Assembly (NCBI RefSeq): GCF_009914755.1
Contig: NC_060938.1
Length of the DNA stretch: 64,000 bases
Strand: one strand, 5' to 3'
Source: the human T2T-CHM13v2.0 reference genome, Homo sapiens
Both the position numbers and the translations under genes were made by a program. The notes under the pieces were generated by a model, which did no database searches, was not told the origin of the DNA, and worked only from the letters and a program-made list of their open reading frames with translations. Below, in pieces: positions 60,474 to 64,000 of this stretch; positions within the stretch are counted from its first letter, which is position 1; the number at the start of each line of letters is the position of its first letter.

Positions 60474-61325
60474 CTTTTTAACTTTTAAGTTCAGGGGTGC
60501 ATTTACAAGATTGTTACATAGGTAAACTTGTGTCATGGGGGCTTGTTGTACAGATTATTTCATCACCCAGATATTAAGCCTTGTACCCATTAGTTATTTT
60601 TTCCTGATCCTCTCCCTCCTGCCACCTTTCACCCTCTGAAAGGCCCTAGTGTGTGCTGTTCCCCTCTATGTGTCTATGTGTTCTCATCATTTAGCTCCCA
60701 CTTACAAGTGGGAACATGTATTTGGTTTTCTGTTTCTGCATTAGTTTGCTAAGGATAATCGCCTCCAGCTCCATCCATGTCCCTGCAAAGGACATGATCT
60801 TGTTCTTATTTATGGCTGCATAGTATTCCATGGTGTATAGGTACCACATTTTCTTTATCCAGTCTAGCATTCATAGACATTTACATTTATTTCATGTCTT
60901 TACTATTGTGACTAGTGCTGTAATGAACACACATATGCACGTTTCTTTGTAATAGAATAATATTATTTTTTTTTTGAGACAGAGTCTTGCTGTCACCAGG
61001 CTGGAGTGCAGTGGCACAATCTCAGCTCACTGCAACCTAGGGTCACTGCAACTTCTGCCTCCCAGGTTCGAGTGATTCTCCTGACTCAGCCTCCTGAGTT
61101 GCTGGGACTACAGGCAAGTGCCACCACACCCAGCTAATTTTTGTATTTTTAGTAGCGACGGGGTTTCACCATGTTGGCCAGGATGGTCTTGATCTCTTGA
61201 CCCTGTGATCCACCCGCCTGGGCCTCAAGTGCTGGGATTACAGGTGTGAGTTTCTATTCCTTTGGGTATATACCCAGCAATGGGATTGATGTGTTGAATG
61301 GTATTTCTGATTAGGTTTTTGAGTG
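60474..61325 (-). mobile_element. L1PA13-16-like 3' fragment hosting AluSc
   Basis: 'aagttcaggggtgca...gtacccattagttatttttcctgatcc'. Confidence 0.85.
60966..61250 (-). mobile_element. AluSc, slightly 5'-truncated
   Basis: Diagnostic 'ctgtcaccagg' and 'ttggccaggatggtcttgatctcttgacc'. Confidence 0.88.
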
Positions 61326-64000
61326 TATATTAGTTTAGCCATTGTGGAAGATAGGGCAACATTTAATCTTTTTTGAAAATATAATTTTAAAATACATATA
61401 ACATTAAAAGCTGGAGGCACCATAATCTATAGAGCCTTTGCTCTATTGTTGGATATTTAGATTACTTCAATTTCCATATGGCTGTTAAAAAGTGCTGTCA
61501 GTTGCTGCACATAATTGCATATATATCCTTTTCATATGTTTAATTACCTGTTTAAAATTATTTTCAAGTAGAATTTCTGTTTTAAAGATGGACACTTTAA
61601 ACCTAATTTTTATATTGTCAAAGTTCCACAGAGAAATGTCATACTACTATATACTTTCATCAATACTACAGACTGTTCCAATAGCAACATATTTTATAAC
61701 TTGCTTCCAATGCTATTGAATTAAGTACTGTTCATTCTGTTCTATTTTTTCTTATTTCTGTGGCTTAGAAGGGGCAAAGAAAGAATTGTTCAGGAAACAT
61801 TGAAATATTGAAATGGTTACACTGATATTTCTTTTGATTTTATATTAAAGAAAATTAATTTATATCCTGCTCTTACTGTCTGTATTCCCCCATAAAAATG
61901 TAAAGAAGCACATTAGATGACATTAGATGAGAGTCGAATACATACCAATTCCTAAGAGCCAGCAACACTTGATGCTATAATTTACTTAGGACTTCTTTTT
62001 TTTTTATTTTTGTATGGGCTAAGACTATAAGACTGTCTATCAAAACTAAGACTTTCCTAGACCTGTGTACATATCAGTATACCATAATGAATATTTTTGT
62101 CTTTTTTTAACAGTAATGGGAAGAGTTGATTATATAAATACCTGTTTTATGTGATTTTGATCAAGGGGTTGAACAAACAGATGAAACATTCTTCTTTTTT
62201 GCTATAAATACTCTTTCTTTTTCACAAGCAAAGTGAACCTGGGTAAGAGCTATCTTGAAATGTGCTGACCTTGGCACTATCCAATTTTGGATTAGTGTCT
62301 GGCATTATATACGTCTAAACAACCTAGACTTGGGAGTATATGCTGACGTCTGACAATTGTTTCATTTATTTTGAGGTCACAGAATCTGTGGGTAAGGTTT
62401 GATTTCACCAGAAAGAAATGGAGATAAATATCTACTTTAAAACATCTAGAGAACCAATCAACCCAATAACGTGTAGTGGTGACCTTAGCCAGAGATGAGG
62501 CAAAAAAAAATATTCCTGAGTCTTGGGATTTGGGTAGGTTCAGAGCTAGAAGTGGACATGCTCCACTGTTGCTGGGACTTGGGGAGAAACTCTTCTTAGT
62601 TAGAGGTCAAATACCAGAGAGAAATGTCGGATATTTACACAATAAAGGGCAATGTGGAGTCCTTATGTTATTCTCTGGTAGTTCTTATCTTTTCATGTGT
62701 TGAATTCTACAAAAACAAAAAAGTCCTATGAAATGTTACCACCCCCTCAATGTGGTCTGCAGGGGATTAAAGTTAAGGCCTGACCCATGTTTAGAACAAA
62801 ACAATACAGGAGAGAGAAGCAGCCTGCAGTGTATCAATTCATGGTGGCCAAGACAGTTCACAGGATCCAGGAGTCCAGAGCCAGAGAGCAGGATTAGGAT
62901 CCATAGTGCAATGGGTATGAATTTATAAACATGCCCCAGGAGGTTCCAGAAATAATTAGAAAGAAAATCATAGCAGAAAAAAATGTGTCTAAAGTCAAAT
63001 TAGGTGAAGATTTATGGTGTTAAGAGATGAGTATAAAAAGAAAGTGTGACCCAATACTTAGTGTAATCTTGAATAATCTGTTTAATTCTCACATACTATT
63101 ACAGTAAACTTAATCTCCCACACTTTGTTTTCAGTATAAATAGTAATCTTACTTCTTTTCACTTTTTTAAGCCCTTTTAGGATTATCTGTGTAGAGTTAC
63201 CAGATTAACTATTATGATTAACCAAATTCAATGACATGATTGATTTAGCTGAATTATATCTCATGGTAGAGACATATTTGATCAGTTGTTTTGGAGTGGT
63301 AAAAAGACAATTAATTCTACCTTAGGTCTCTACTTGCCAAATTAAAACATGCAGGTTACTCAATGTTTTCTTCAAATAAAATTAACAAACCCTTTATATC
63401 TTCCCCTGGGTTTTTACTAAATTATTTAAAACTCCTCATCAAAAATGTTCAGTTGTGAAAATTAAATTTGACCACTACATTCTAAGGAGTGGTCTGGCTA
63501 GCTCTGAATACAAGGAATCACCACTTTCTGGATCTATTTGAGATCAGCAAGTAAAAATAATAATCATCATCATCAAAGTTTGTATATTTAGAAGCTTAGA
63601 TTGTTCATAGAAGAAAAATGTCATATATGAGACTTCAGTAGTCAGTTTCCTAGCATGCCAAAGATAAACAAGATAAAGGAAAAAAATGCTATCTTGATTC
63701 ATCACTAAGAAGGCAATAAAAATATTACTTCACACATGTATTGAAAGTATTTAAGTAAAATATATCTGATATATACAACACACTGATGGAGTAAAGGTTG
63801 TTCATGAGGATCGAGCCTGTCTACCTTCCTTGGAAGCAAAAATTGAAGAGATTATTTTTTTTCTTTCCTAAAGCTCTTTTCATTGCAACAGAACAAACAA
63901 AAAGAAATTTAGCTTGTTTCTTGATCATTTCTTTGGTTGTAAAAAGAGAGAGCATTAGGTGAATTATATCCTCAATAAAAGACTCTGCCATAGGGTGAAA

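Overview
AT-rich primate (human-like) non-coding DNA dominated by nested transposable elements: young L1PA and old L1M LINEs, AluJ/S/Y, MaLR LTR elements (MLT1, MST, THE1), ERVL and ERV1 remnants, MER5A/MER58A, L2, MIR and microsatellites. I find no host protein-coding gene, RNA gene or CRISPR array. The ORF-track entries I could assign are repeat-derived (L1 ORF1/ORF2, antisense Alu, MaLR internal, microsatellite) and the rest look like chance ORFs. I found no support for a new biological system. The most notable structures are: (i) a TSD-flanked L1PA at 13757-17412 with the exact 5'UTR splice junction of the SpIRE97/622 class plus a ~2 kb microhomology deletion; (ii) several locally templated or snap-back insertion scars (10036-10114, 15359-15410, 34629-34703, 38521-38720); (iii) an MST provirus with non-matching LTRs; (iv) a twin-primed inverted L1; (v) a repeat-poor, motif-rich block at about 52.4-57.3 kb that may be regulatory. 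Subfamily names come from recalled consensus sequences, and boundaries of old repeats are approximate.
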